From Guillardia theta CCMP2712 (Eukaryota; Protista; Cryptophyta): DNA of 64,000 nt. A program made the position numbers and the translations under genes. Below the pieces are notes generated by a model, which was given only the letters and a program-made list of their open reading frames with translations, did no database searches and was not told the DNA's origin. Each line of letters opens with the position of its first letter. Position 1 is the stretch's first letter. The DNA lies in contig NW_005434600.1 of the NCBI RefSeq assembly GCF_000315625.1, forward strand, positions 291,150 to 355,149. Reading direction: 5' to 3'. Shown one piece after another: positions 35,616-48,799 of this stretch.

Positions 35616-37992
35616 ATGATAGAGTTGGTCCTGATCTGGTTTGCAGGCGTCGGTGGCGTATGGCTATTGTGGAAGCGGTTGAAACAGTACCTCGAATATC
35701 GCGGGAGAAAATTGCCTCCAGTGTACAGGGAAGGACTTCATGTTCCCCTGCTGGGAGCAGCCCTTCAGTTCCTCTCGGATCCTCTGAAAATGGCACGTCG
35801 AGCGCAGGACGTGCATGGGGATATCTTCACTGTGTATGTGCTCGGAAAGAGGTTGACGTTCATGTGCGGCCCTGATGCTCAGGAGAACTTCTGCCGAGCG
35901 AGGGATGACGAGTTGTCTCAGCAGCAGGCATACAAGTTCAGTGTCCCCCTGTTCGGCCCCGGTGTGGTGTATGATGCGGATCTGGAGAAGAGGACGGAGC
36001 AGATCAAGTTTGTAACCAACTCGTTGCACACTACGGCGATCGGCCAGTATGTGCCGATGATGGTGGATGAGGCTGAGAAATACTTTGCTTCGTGGGGAGA
36101 TGAGGGAGTCGTTGATATTTACACCGCCCTTGCCGAGCTCATCATCTTAACGGCTTCCAGATGCCTGATGGGTCCAGAGATCCGTAGCGAGCTGCACAAG
36201 GAGGTCTCAGAGCTGTACGCGATTCTTGATAAGGGCTGCACCCCAATTTCATTCTTTGCCCCATATTTTCCCATACCGGCGCATTTCAGGAGAGACAAGG
36301 CCCGTAGACAGATGGTGGCACTCTTCCAGAAAGTTATTGAGAAACGTAGGAAAGAGAACAAACGATACAATGATGTGCTTCAGGTGAATATTTGCCTACC
36401 AGCGCAACTGCACCAACGTGATGCTTTTCAGGTCTACATGGATGCTACATACAAGAATGGTGACAAACTGCCGGCACACGAGGTGTGATTTGTTCTTGCC
36501 TTGTCCGCAGAATGTGCTGATGCAGGATTTGGTTGTAGGTCACCGGATTGCTTATCGCTCTGCTATTTGCGGGACAGGTAGTTGCCTCAGCCGCAGCCAT
36601 TTTGATTCACGCGTTCCTGCTCCGTTATGCCCTCATGGTGCCTTGACTGAAATTCTCTTGGCAGCACACTTCGTCTGTAACTTCGTCCTGGACTGGTTTG
36701 TACATGTTGGACAATAAGAAGGACATCATCCCGAAGGTGTTGATCTCTCTTTGCATTCAACCGGGACTTATCTTGATGTTCAGCTTGTCGAAGAGCAAAA
36801 GAAGGTTGGAAAAGTGATTGATCATGAGGTAGAGTCGCACCCGTTGGTCTCAACACACTCTGAAAGTCCACAAGGCGATCAAGAACATGTCTCTTTTGCA
36901 CGCAACAGTGTCGGAGGCGTTGAGAATGCAGCCACCACTCATCTTTGTCATGCGAGAGGTGCTGCCCACTTTGAGCGCTGCGGTCCAGTCTAATCGTTGA
37001 GTGAAGGTCCTTCAAGATAGGCAGTTCAAGGATTACACCATCCCCAAGGTATTGCACCAAACGCATCTTGTCTTGTCCTGGTATCCTGACACATGTGGGT
37101 AGGGAGATGTAATATTCCTCTCTCCTTCGCTCTCTGGTCGACGACCAGACGTCTGGACCAACCCTGACTCGTTCGATCCCTTCCGGTAGAGATGCTGCAC
37201 TGCTGTTTCTCCCTCCACTAACTTGATTCTCAGCTTCTTGGAGCCAAGGGAGGAGCATCGCAAATTCTCTCATGGTTGGCTTGGGTTTGGTGGCGGGTAT
37301 GTCAGCCCGGGCTCATGGCACGATGTTGGTCGTTGAGTGGATCGTTGCAGGCGCCACCGCTGCTTAGGCGAGCACTTCGCCTATGTCCAGATCAAGACGT
37401 GAGACAATGTTTGTTGCTCCGGTCACATCTGAGCCACTGCAGGATTTGGGCTTACCTCCTCCGTAACTTTGAAATGGAAGCTGTATGTGCTCCAATCCTG
37501 CTTCCACATTCCTTCATCTCCTCCTCTGCTCCATGCTTCATCTTCGTCCATGCGGATCTGTTTTGTGACTCTTTGTCGATAGGTTGGACCCTTGCCTTCA
37601 CCCAACTACGAGGTAAGACGCATCTGTGTTGGGGCGACTAGCTGTGTAACCCCTGCTCCGATGGAGCTGATTTTCACTTATCTGTGTGTTTGGGCGAATG
37701 CATTCAATCATGAGATTTTTTTTGATACATGACGCCATATGTGCAAGGACTTGTGTTTGTCTGCCAGTATTGCGCTCTTGTCATTTATATTCGGCTTCAT
37801 TCTTCCCTTGTTGACCTGAAACTTTTCTGTGCCGGATGCAGTTTTCTGTGTTTCTGTGTTTCTGTGCCTTCCTATCTGATCACAAGTTCGAGTCGTGATA
37901 ACATTCTCTAACCTAGTTGACAGGCTCTTGTTGTTGGTCCCAAGCATCCCTGCCTCATCCGCTATGTCCGTCGCAAGCTGCCCATCGACTGA
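35616..37992 (+). CDS. CYP51: Sterol 14-alpha-demethylase (cytochrome P450 family 51); multi-exon
   Basis: N-terminal anchor; AYKFSVPLFGPGVVYD; LLFAGQ/HTSS; EALR; FGGG/RHRCLGEHF heme motif; last exon ALVVGPKHPCLIRYVRRKLPID* (37924-37992). Confidence 0.95.
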
Positions 37993-40324
37993 TCGATCGG
38001 ATGTACCCCGGGGCTCGACTCGCTCCGCCCCCTCTGTCATGTGATTTACGTCAGTGAATGATTAAATGTTCAGATTCTCCGCAATCTGCCGCTCGCAGAG
38101 ACTCAGGCAGTTCCGACCGAGCTGAAGACTCTCGTTGGATCGGTTGCCAGCGGGCCCACCGTGCACCGTGGCACTGCCGCGGCCCCGGCGGCCCGGGAGT
38201 CAGCGGCGGCGCGGCCGGGCGCTCCGAGCTGCGGCCAGGCTGCTGCTGGCCCCCCGGCTTCAGTATCCGAGTGTCCGGTCGGCCCGCCGGCGGGGCCGGT
38301 CCGGGTCAAACTCAACTTTCAGAGCCTCGGAGGCCGGCTCAGTACGGTCCTCCCAGTAGTCAACTACCGGCCCCGGCCCGGGCCGGGCCGGGCGGCCGCA
38401 CGTCGGGCTGGACTCGGAACTCGGAAGTCACATGGCCGGACAATTTCCATGTCACGTGACACGACCCCTCGGCTTTCGGCTCCAAGAGACGCGCGACTCT
38501 TGACGTGATGAGTTCCCCTACCCCACCCCTACCCTCTCCCATTCACTACCCACCAGTCATGAAAATTATACTTCGGATGAGGTACCCTAGCACCACCCCT
38601 CGAATGGAACCACCCTGATTTATTCGTATCCATCTACCCCCTATACCCTACCCCTCTAGAAGTCAGCTCAAAATGGACGTGACGAGCAGGGTAGGTTCGA
38701 GGTGGGGTAGTGTGAGTATGTAATGCTGTAGAGACCCTGGTACTGCTACAGCTCCACATAGAGAGCAGCGTTTACACGAGGGGGTTCTTTGAAGGAATAG
38801 AGGGGGTAGGGGTGATCATTTCTTGGGGAAGTGGGTGGGTGGTGTCCTTATGTGGCGATGGTTTGATCGTAAAGGAGGGGTGGATATGATTTTCAACGTA
38901 TTAGGAGGGGTTAAACAAGGGAGTTCTTGGTTTATTTCATGGGTAGGGTAATTCAATCGGGGGTAGGGGTTCTTTTCCAATCTAGTGGGTTGGGACTCGG
39001 GTATCATGTCCCCACTACCCCACCCAACATTCACATCGATACCACATGTGACAGTACCCGTACCCTGAATGCTACCCCTTCATGGTAGACTACCCCTCTT
39101 TCCCACACAACCAAGTGCTCCAACCCACCACCTCCACCACTTAGTCCGTTACCCACCCCCTGAAAGGACTTATCGAGAACCCTACCCGTTAGGACAGGAA
39201 TTATTATTACCACTGGGCACAATTTGTGCCAAGAAACTGAGTACCACCCCCTACCCTCTGCCAATATTCCTGGACCCCTACCCCCAATCCGCTCTATCGG
39301 GTACATTCGGCTATTTGGGTTTTTAATTGTGCCATTATGGATTTGGTACTGATTCAGTACATCGTGAAAGTAACATGAATATATATATTATTGAAATTAT
39401 ACTGAGAAATTACTGGACAGAAAATAACTTGCTACAAGTAAGCCGGACATGTAAACAAGAGGTACAAATAATAAATGTCATTTTACTAAAAGCTACTGGA
39501 AATTCCAGTAGAGTAGCACAATCGATTGTACCCTAATCAGACAATAAAGTTTTGGAGTATTTTAAAATCTATTGAATTTGGTAGAGAACTTCAGTACACT
39601 TCCATATCAAACCCTCCATTCCCCTACTGCAAAACAAACTCTCTCACACAAATAAAAACTGTATTTAAAATCAATTCAAAATTCTTTTAGAGGGACTTTG
39701 TATTCCCTTAGGGATCCTAGGTCCAATCCCCTAGGGCGTTGTAGGATCCCTAGACCCCACCGCCTCCCCCAGTCCTACTCCATGCACCCCGCAGTTGTTA
39801 GCGCACCAGCGTAGTCGCTTCTCCTGCTCCTGTCGGCCGATCCTCCTCCTCCTCCTCCTCCTCGTCCTCTAACTGGTTCTTATCCCTTCTCCTCTTTGTG
39901 TGCCTTCACTTCCAGGGCTCCTGTTCGTGGTCGACAAGGCATTTGCAGTCAAAACTGTGCGCTGAAACGTGTGCTTGCTCGGTAGTTCGATTCCACCTTG
40001 AAACTATTCTGAACGGGGCATTCTGAAGCCTCAAAGGTTTCTTGAAGAGGGAAGAACTGGAGCAGACCGAACTTGTGTAGCTTTCCTTCAGCTTTAGAAT
40101 CACCACGTCGATCGGCAGGGGGGCTCCGTGAACATGATGATTTGTTGAAGCTGAGACTGCGAGCCTGGGCTGTTGGAGCAAGGGCAAGGAACGTATCCAC
40201 TAGTTGGAGAAATTGTATGATTGCGCATCGACACGCCTACTAGAAACACACTTGCACAGAGATCTGCAAACGCCCGAGACTCCCTTACTCCCGTGTGCAT
40301 ACAGTGTCTAGTGCCGTCTAGGAA

Positions 40325-42474
40325 ATGACCGGCAAGGCGTCTGGTCCAACGCTTGTCCACTCCACTGCCAACATGTCTCCAAGCACATCGAGCAGCCCGG
40401 GCCCGATCCTCAACAAGGAGGTGAAGTTGGACGAGCTCTCGAAGTACTTTCATCTGCCGGAGAAGGCAGTGGCCAAGGAACTAGGGATCTGCCTGACATC
40501 GCTCAAGAAGCTGTGTAGAAGTTACGGCATCACCAGATGGCCTTTCCGGAAGCTAAAAAGTCTGGAGAGGACGATGCGAAAAGTGCAAACAGAAGAATCG
40601 TGGAATGTAGGCGGACAGTCCACGGGTGACGGCGATAGCAAGACACCAGTACCAGAGCTGAAAGTGAGTCCGCTGGGTTGTGTATGATGTGTTTGTCCTA
40701 ACTTGCTGGTTCTTCAGCGAAAACCTTACACTGTTGGAAACAAGACAGTGTTTCTTAGTGATGAGGAGCTGGAAGTGTTCAAGATGACCATGGGAAAGGA
40801 TCAGGCTAGCGAGCTGAAGCCGACTCCAATCTCAACGTTGGAGCCCTCTCTGTACTTCCCATTCGCTTGAGAAAGCTTCTTCCTTAAATTTTACACAAAC
40901 AGGATCAACAACGCGACCATGGCTGCTGCAAGCTCGGCACTGGCTAGCGTGATCAGAGTCTCCAATGAGAACTCGAGCCACTACGACACCAGCTACTCCA
41001 ATGGTGGCGACTTACAGCCCTCCCCGCTGCTTCTGACCTCTTTGGAAGGCAACGCAGATGCGGACGAAGAGAACTGCACGGTTTCTGCTGAGGTGTGAGC
41101 TGTGCTCGCAGGATATCGTATCTGACAGCTTGTCGTTCCTCCCAGGTGAAGGGCAACACCCTCGTGATCGTCCACTGGTCTACCCTGTGGTCGCAACCGC
41201 AGCTCAAGGGGAAGCTGCTGTATCCTCTCAAGGGGGTGAGGCTGTGGCTGAATGCCGTCCCCTCTTCCTCTGACATGCGCTGCAGGTTTCTCTCCGAGTG
41301 TCTACCGACGGCGTGACCGCAGAGTTGGAGTTCCCGTCGTCTGAAACTGCCCAGAGGGCCTTGAGAATATGCAAGATGGCTCAGAGTCAGGCGGCGCAAG
41401 CCAATGGTGAGGGCTAGAGGCTGGATTCAGCCAGCTGGTTGCTCACTGTCTTTCCCAGCTCCTAAGACGATCCCACCGGCCAGTTCAGCCGCTCCCATGG
41501 GTATGCCTCCGCTGAGGGCCTTTTCGATGTTTGGCTCACATGCGCATGAACAGAGGCGATACACTTCAGCCTGTCGCCGCCAGCCACTGAGAACACGATA
41601 CACGCCTTGTTAACAGATAGTTGTGGGCTCCAGCCGCCATCGACCCAGGTGCAAGCATGTTTTGAGCTGAGCTTCCGATCTCAAGGCGGTGCCAGGCTGG
41701 GTTCAACCTCTGGTCCACCTTCCTCAACGGAGGAGCTCCTCCTGGATCTTCACAGTCCGTGAGTTGACACATTGTCATGGTATGTCACATCGCCCTGACT
41801 TCTCTGCTTGGCAGCACGGCACTGGATCCAGCCATGCTACTTCAAGTAAGCTCGTCTTGCCTTGTATATCTTTCCTGCCTCTCCTCTGAATATCTTGCGA
41901 CCAGCATCCGATGCAAGAACTGCGATCACCAGCATGTGCGATAGCCTTCCTTCACCTCCCATGTCCGGAACAGCTCTCGGTACCTGTTTTCTCTCAAGTT
42001 ACTTCACGCAGCTGACAACTCTGCTCGCAGGGATCCTCTTGGATCACTCGACGGCTCCTCCTATCTCTGCTCCGCTGTCCTCCATCTTTCCCAACATGTT
42101 CCAAAGGTGTTGGACTGAAGGGCCTCCCCTCCTCGCCCTCTGATCCAGCCTGTCTTGCAGCAACTCTGAACACAACACCAGCGGCCATGGGAATCACTCA
42201 CAACCCAACAGCTGTGACAGGTGAAACGATTGCGCCCTTCTTCTCCTCCTCCCTCCTTCACTGATGTCCTCGTGAACAAACATCCGCATCCTCCTTGTTT
42301 TCCTTGCTTTCCTTGCCTTGCCCCCTCTTCTCAGTTGGCTTCCTCTCGCTTCTCCCCTAACTTTTTGGCTGCAGCCTCGGGTCGTACCTTAAGGACGAGG
42401 CTGAGACAAAACCCGAGCAGCCCAAGTCTGAAGTGCCGGAGAAGAAGCCTGCGGGGAAGCGATGATCGGATCTG
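40325..42474 (+). CDS. RWP-RK domain transcription factor; multi-exon, 3' exons approximate
   Basis: LDELSKYFHLPEKAVAKELGICLTSLKKLCRSYGITRWPFRKLKSL. Confidence 0.88.
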
Positions 42475-43377
42475 ACCCGCCACACCAGGGGCCCTGCAAG
42501 CCTCAGGCTGGTTCGGCGGACCCAATGCGTTGATGCGGCAGCGTCACTGTATTCCCGGTCGCCGGCTTGTATCATCATAGTACAGTACTTTCGAAGCTTT
42601 ATGGCTTGCTGGCGCCTGATTCAATTCAAGTTCCGAGTCGCCGGGCTTCACAGGCTTCAGAATCGTTCAAGTTAGTACTGAGTACGGTCACGTGACCCTG
42701 GCAATGGCATCAGCCCGGCGCTTACGAGGCAATCGCTCGGAGTTCGGCTTCAACCATGATGATTTGCCGGGCACCTCAGTCAGTAGATACCGTAAGTTGT
42801 GAGTGAGTAAACCGTTGAACTGTGAGCCGCCTTCAGTCTCACTGGCAGCCTGCCTGAGTCACGGAGTTTTCGGCGGCGGCCGCCGGCCGGGGGCCGGGCC
42901 GGGCCCGCGACTCGAGGAAGGGCAGCGATTGGGGCGTCTTTCTTGATTATCTCATACTACAGGAGCCTTTGGGGCAGTATTTTTTTTTCTTTTTATTAAT
43001 ATTCTCTACTTTGGGTTTTAATATCGCTACCATCACGATTTTTCAAAACTATTTTATTTAGGCATGCGTCATGTAAAATGCTCAAAAACAAGGTCAAAAT
43101 TTTAATTTGGGCCACCCTGACCCTCATTTGCAAGGGGTGTTCAGCGTATACTGAAAGGGCTGTGGGACTCAAAACTTTAAAATACCTGCAAAGTTTTATA
43201 TGTTTTTAAATGCAGGGTATTTCAGTACATGTTTCTAAGATGAGTTTTCTATTTCGTTTTATTTGTACCATAGAGGAGTGGCTAAGAGGTACTGTTAAGT
43301 AAAATGGTACCTCCGGAAATGTACTTCTATAATTGATTTTAATCTTACATGTGTTCCGCGCCTCGTCCGCTGTCGCC

Positions 43378-45078
43378 ATGGCGTCTAACCTGGTAAAGAA
43401 GCTCGGCATGCCCTTCGCTCCATGCGACTCCCCTGCTTCCTCCTTTCTCCTCTCCCTCTCATCAACCTCAACACGCTTGCCATCCTCGTCCTCCTCCTCC
43501 TCAAGGGGCTTGGTTACTTGTCCCCAGCCACTGAAAGCGAAAGAGTCATGGCCCCCTGCAATCTAAACTCGACGGTGCATGTTCCGGGATTGCGGGTGTT
43601 TATGTCTTGAGAATGTTTTGGTCATAACAAGGATGGATATGCTTCACTTATTTATGGGGAATGCTTCTTCTCACCTGCTTGCATCCTGCTCCTTACATGT
43701 TTCGCGTTGGTCGAACATCCCGACCAAGATTGTCTGCTTTTTCCTGCTCAGTGATTTTGGTCGTGTTGAATGTTAAGCCATGCATGTTCAAAAAGCTGTC
43801 GATGTCTGCTCCTACACGCGCTCCCCTCCTTTCCCCCCGAGCTCATTGTCCGCCCTCATGCCGCTGGAGCATTCTCGTGTACGTCCGGATGAGTTGCCTT
43901 ATTGCCAGGATATGCCGCTTGACGATGTTGCAAACGCAATGAACAGCTACTCTGAAGATGCTAGAGGATACCAGGTGATTATGACGGCACGCCTGTTGGC
44001 CACGATGTCTGATTAAATGTGCAAGTCCTGGGGCGGCGCCGGCTACTCAGCAACGAGGTGGGAGCTCTTTTCAGTGCTTACGGCATTCCTGACCTCTGCT
44101 CCTGTAGGGGCCCTGGCCTTGGCTGCCGTGTGTACGTGGGTAACCTCTCCTGGGACGCCCAGTGGCAGGACCTGAAGGATCACATGCGAGGGCCCAACCA
44201 GAACCTCGTACGTAGACTTGTTGCATCCGTGGTTTTCCAGTGACCCCTCTGCCAGAATGTTGTCCATGCCGACATCATGTACGAGGCTGGTGGAAGGTCG
44301 AAAGGATGTGCCATCGTGGAGTATGCCTCCCCGGAAGATGCGCAGCGTGCCATCGCCGAACTCAACGACACTGAGATGATGGGCCGTCTCATTTTTGTCC
44401 GGGAGGACAGGGAGGGCTTCAAGGGAGGTAATGCTGGTGGAGTCTAGGATGGAGCTGGGTATTTATGGTGCATTCTCAGGTTATTCTGCCACGACAACCT
44501 TTCCCAGTGGAGGCTACAGTAACTTTGGAGGAGGAGGAGGAGGAGGAGGAGGAGGTATCAATCGCAGACAATTCTGAGCGGTGTTGAGTTGGGACGTGTG
44601 AAGGTTACAACGGAGATGGATATAATTCGTTCCGTGGCAAGTCTTCCGGCTTCCGTGGTCGGTCTGCAGGAGGCTACGGTGCCGGAGGTGCCGGCGGTGC
44701 CGGAGGTGCTGGTGGCTTTGCCGGAGGTAGCGACCCTTCACGCACATGTGTCCTTCTTACGCATGAAGCAGGCATGGGTACCGGTGGCCGCAGAGTGTAT
44801 GTGGGCAATCTGTCATGGGAGTGCAAGTGGCAAGACCTGAAGGATCACATGCGGACAGCAGGCAACGTGCTCCATGCCGACGTGATGACAGGTCCCGACG
44901 GAAGGTCCAAGGGTTGCGGCCTTGTCGAGTTCTCTTCCCCTGTACGATGTGTTGCTCTTGTTGTCTGAGCGTCTCACAGTGATGGCAGGAGGAGGCGGTG
45001 CGTGCCATCCAGGAGTTGAACGAGACGGAGCTCATGGGACGCATGATCTTCGTCCGCGAGGACAGAGAGATGCGATGA
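43378..45078 (+). CDS. GBP2/HRB1-like (G-strand-binding) two-RRM protein with Gly-rich linker; multi-exon, 5' exon tentative
   Basis: Two copies of [20 protein letters not shown][IV][29 protein letters not shown]. Confidence 0.88.
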
Positions 45079-45825
45079 GCATGACGAGATCCCAGGGTCG
45101 AGACAAGTCGCATGTGACAGGGGCGTATACTGACCTGTCTCGCGTGTGATTTGTTCTCGTTGCCGTCGGTACCGCAAACGTGAGGCATCGCTCTAAGGTG
45201 TTCGAGCTGCCTGTGGAGCTGCTGGGATGTGGGAATCTTGTTAGTTGGGTGCTGTACATTTTCAGGTTCTTGCTCATCTTAGTTTTCGAAGGGTTTGTTT
45301 GAGTAGAGTTGCGCTTTTGTGGTGAATGGAAGAATGATTTCTAGTTCCCCTTCCCTGCCCACTCCCCCTATTTCTCTCTTCAATACGTCGGATCTCTCTC
45401 TAGTCGTCAGCACGTTTGAGTAGCCCCATGACAAATTGTCACTTCGTTGGTTTGTAAGTGCAAAGCGGCCAACATGTCGTTCTGAAACGACATAACCTGT
45501 CATGTACCTTATTGTCATCTGGCTCGGCAGCCAGCCATTCATCGTTTGTATCTTCCGAGTCTACGCTCAACCTATCTCCCTGTAGTAACGCACGCTCCTG
45601 AAATTTGTCTTGACTAGTCGCAGCCAAGATGCAGAAGGAGGAACAGCGCCTGGATGGAGGAGAAGTTCCAAGAATGGACAAAAGCAGGGCTGAAGAGGGA
45701 ACACGTCTGCGATTTGCGCCTGCCCGTGCACGAGTGGCATGTCGTTCGGTGGCTAGGATCGATCGGAAGGCCGGAAAGTGATCAAAAAGAGGCTCTACTA
45801 ATACACAAATCATCGCTTCTAATAC

Positions 45826-45912
45826 ACTAGTCATCTCTACTAATAAACTAGTCATCTCTACTAATAAGCTAGTACGGTCATCTCTACTAATAAACTAGTC
45901 ATCTTTACTTAT
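45826..45912. repeat. ~21-bp minisatellite (ACTAGTCATCTCTACTAATAA, ~4 copies)
   Basis: Direct reading. Confidence 0.8.
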
Positions 45913-46217
45913 ATCGGACAGAAAGGTTGACCAGGCGGAACACTAACGGGAGGGAAACACCAGGAGGGACGAGCTCACAGGCTACACAAGAGATGGCAGG
46001 GCGTTGAAAACTAACTTGCTGCCTACTGCCTCGAGCCATGCACCCTCAACGGTCATCATCAGGTACTAGTATAATGTGACCCCACCTTCCATCGCTAATG
46101 ACGGTTTATGATACACCCGAACATCATATCCTCTAACACACAAACACTCCTTGCTCCACGCTCACAAGTACTCCAGCAGTGTGGTCAGATCATCACCCAC
46201 TCCCTCCACCCCCTCAC

Positions 46218-46848
46218 TCAGATCTTGTTGGCAGGATCTAGGCCGCAGTAGGCGTGAGCTTGCTGCGGGTCCAGCTCGAACACTGCAAAGCGCTCGTAAG
46301 TCCCTGAGACAGTAACTCTCCCCTTGCTCTCACCATCGATGGGCAGGTTGCCAGTGTCCACGGTCTCGACCTTGTTGTCGGCGGCAGCTTGCATCTCGGC
46401 CACTTGCTTCTGAGCATCTTTCGTCTCCTTCCAAGGCAAGTAGCTGACACGTGTCACAGACGCGCTCGTCAACAACAAGACAGAGGACTTACACCCGCTT
46501 GTAGATCCACCACGACGAGATCATAACCCACACAACCACTGAGCAGAAGCGAGTCATGGAAGGAGCAAGCAGAAGCGAGTCATAGAAGAACAGGCAGCGG
46601 CGAGTGAGAGAAAGAGAAAGTAGAGGCGATTCATAGAAGGAACGAGCAGTCAGTTAGCAGAGCCTCCCACCTCCGATTGTGATGAGGACGATCTTTGTTG
46701 TAGTGTTGGTACCCCCAGTACTGTAACCACCTGATGAACTGCTGCTGCCACCTCCCTTGCTGCTGCTGTAGCTGGACTTGCCGCCACTGTAGCTGCTGCT
46801 GCCTCCTCGCAACCAAGACATAGTCTGCTCCATCCCAGTCCCCGACAT
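46218..46848 (-). CDS. Small Gly/Ser-rich single-pass membrane protein, paralog A; multi-exon
   Basis: MSGTGMEQTMSWLRGGSSS...KIVLITIGG; last exon YLPW...VFELDPQQAHAYCGLDPANKI*; paralog at 48153-48680. Confidence 0.7.
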
Positions 46849-47129
46849 GCCCCCTTCAAGTTCGCGACCTGGCAGGGTTGACAATGGTTTAAAAGGTCAA
46901 AACAGGATTTTACTCGACAAATTTGAAAATCTTCTTTGGAATCGTCCGAGGACATTTGAACTACTAATCTTTATCTTACAAATTGAGGTCATGATTTCAA
47001 AATTACTAGGCTTGACGAACGGTTTACTTTTAATTTTGTCAACTTTCCTACCAGGCCTCTTGATAGACTTATAACATTTCTCATACAAAAATAAGTTATT
47101 TATAACGTTTAAAATATGCCCGGCCATAG

Positions 47130-47800
47130 TGACGGGCCTTTCAATAGTACAACGGAAGATACTAGTAACCGTAGTACTCATGACTACCGGAGTGACAGTG
47201 ACGCCGGGGGCCGCTACCGTACGGCCGCCCGGGCCGGTCTCCGGGGGCCGCGGACCCGGCCGCGCGGTCGCCCGACTCACTGAGTCAGCGGCGGCCCGGA
47301 CACTGTCAACAGTCCGTCGCCGGCGACTGGAAGTTCCGAAGTTCGGACTTGAACTTCGGAAGGCAGGCTCAGTTGCAGGCACAACTTGGGCCAAGTTGTT
47401 GCAGACCGACGGTGGTCACCGTTCACGGAAGACGACCGTACTACGGTAACAACAAGCACAGTCTGACATCAGCCGCGGCGGGCGGCAACTGAGTCACTGC
47501 GTATTGGACCGGTGCCGGGCCGCTCGGCTGTCCGACACCGTCAGTGCATCCGATGATGCCCTCACTGTCATGCAACCGGTGACCGTTGAACTAGTCCGTC
47601 CGAGTCGGTGAGCCTTCAAGACTCCTTGGAAGTGTAACCGTGTTGTACTTTGCAACGCAGTCACGGTACCATCCGATGGTCGGACCGAGACGTTGTAGGC
47701 GAGGACCAGGACGGTGAGAAGAAGCTCGTTCAAGTCGGTCACAACCGGCACCGATTGTGAACTGCTCAGTGACCGTGCAAGGGCTGCTGCAGTGTCCTGT
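47130..47800. other. GC-rich palindromic-word intergenic block
   Basis: CCGTACGG, ACTGAGTCA, AAGTTCCGAAGTTCGG, GTCACGGT words shared with other blocks. Confidence 0.7.
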
Positions 47801-48152
47801 CCCATCGATGATCCTGACTATGTTGCAACATGATCGAGAATGACTGCATTCTTCTATCAGAGTGCTATGGTTCTCCAACCCTCACAGCACTACTTCAACT
47901 TCCACCTTCCTTCTCCTACCTCCTACTGACAGCTTTTGCCAACAAGGTACCAGACAAGTCCGTAAATGTCTGAGTTGACCCCGCTATCGCTCAAGCTGGC
48001 TGCTCCTGCGGGAGTGCTCCTGCTCCCACCGCCCCAACCCTCGCCATTGGTATTGACGGCTGATGATACACATGTACATCGACACACCCGACGCCGTCTG
48101 CTCGCATGGTCAGAACATCGGATCCATACCCACTCCCTCCTCTCTCGCACTC

Positions 48153-48680
48153 TCAGGTCTTGTTAGGAGGGTCTAGGCCGATGTAGGCGTGAGCTTGCTG
48201 CGGATTCAGCTCGAATACGTTGGCAGGCACGCTCTGATCCTCCCCGTTGACATCGGGATACTAAACATTCGAGTGAGGGAGATCTGCGCCGTCCAGACAA
48301 CAGAGCAAGAGTGAGCATACCGCGACAGGGATGCCGTCGTCAGTGACCTGCTGACTCGCACGCCGAGATGGCAAGTAGCTGAAGCATGTCAGGCGAGCAA
48401 GTCTTGAACGAGACCAGGAGTGCTCACATCCTCTTGTAGTACATGTAGACGCTACCAACGACAAATATCGTAACTGTAGCAAGTGAGCGAGGCGAGCGAG
48501 CGGGTAGAACAGTCTCGTACCAAAAATTACGATGTAGATTATGGTGCCGATGTCACCTCCTATTGATGACCCGCTGGTTCCTCCTGCTCCTGTTCCTCCT
48601 GTCTTGCTGCCGCTGGACTTTCCGCCGCCGCCGCCGCCTTTTCTCCAGCCCTCCATCCCAGGCTCCTGGCTGCTCCCCAT
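48153..48680 (-). CDS. Small Gly/Ser-rich single-pass membrane protein, paralog B; multi-exon
   Basis: MGSSQEPGMEGWRKGGGG...IIYIVIFG/VTIFVVGSVYMYYKR/YLPS.../YPDVNGEDQSVPANVFELNPQQAHAYIGLDPPNKT*. Confidence 0.72.
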
Positions 48681-48799
48681 GACGACTGAGCCTTGCGCCG
48701 CTTTTTCGAGATTCACCTAAACTAAATCCTTTTTCTTTGAAATTACATGGTGAATTTTGGCATCCCGCTTTCAAAAAAATGTTAACTTTTACTAGCAGC

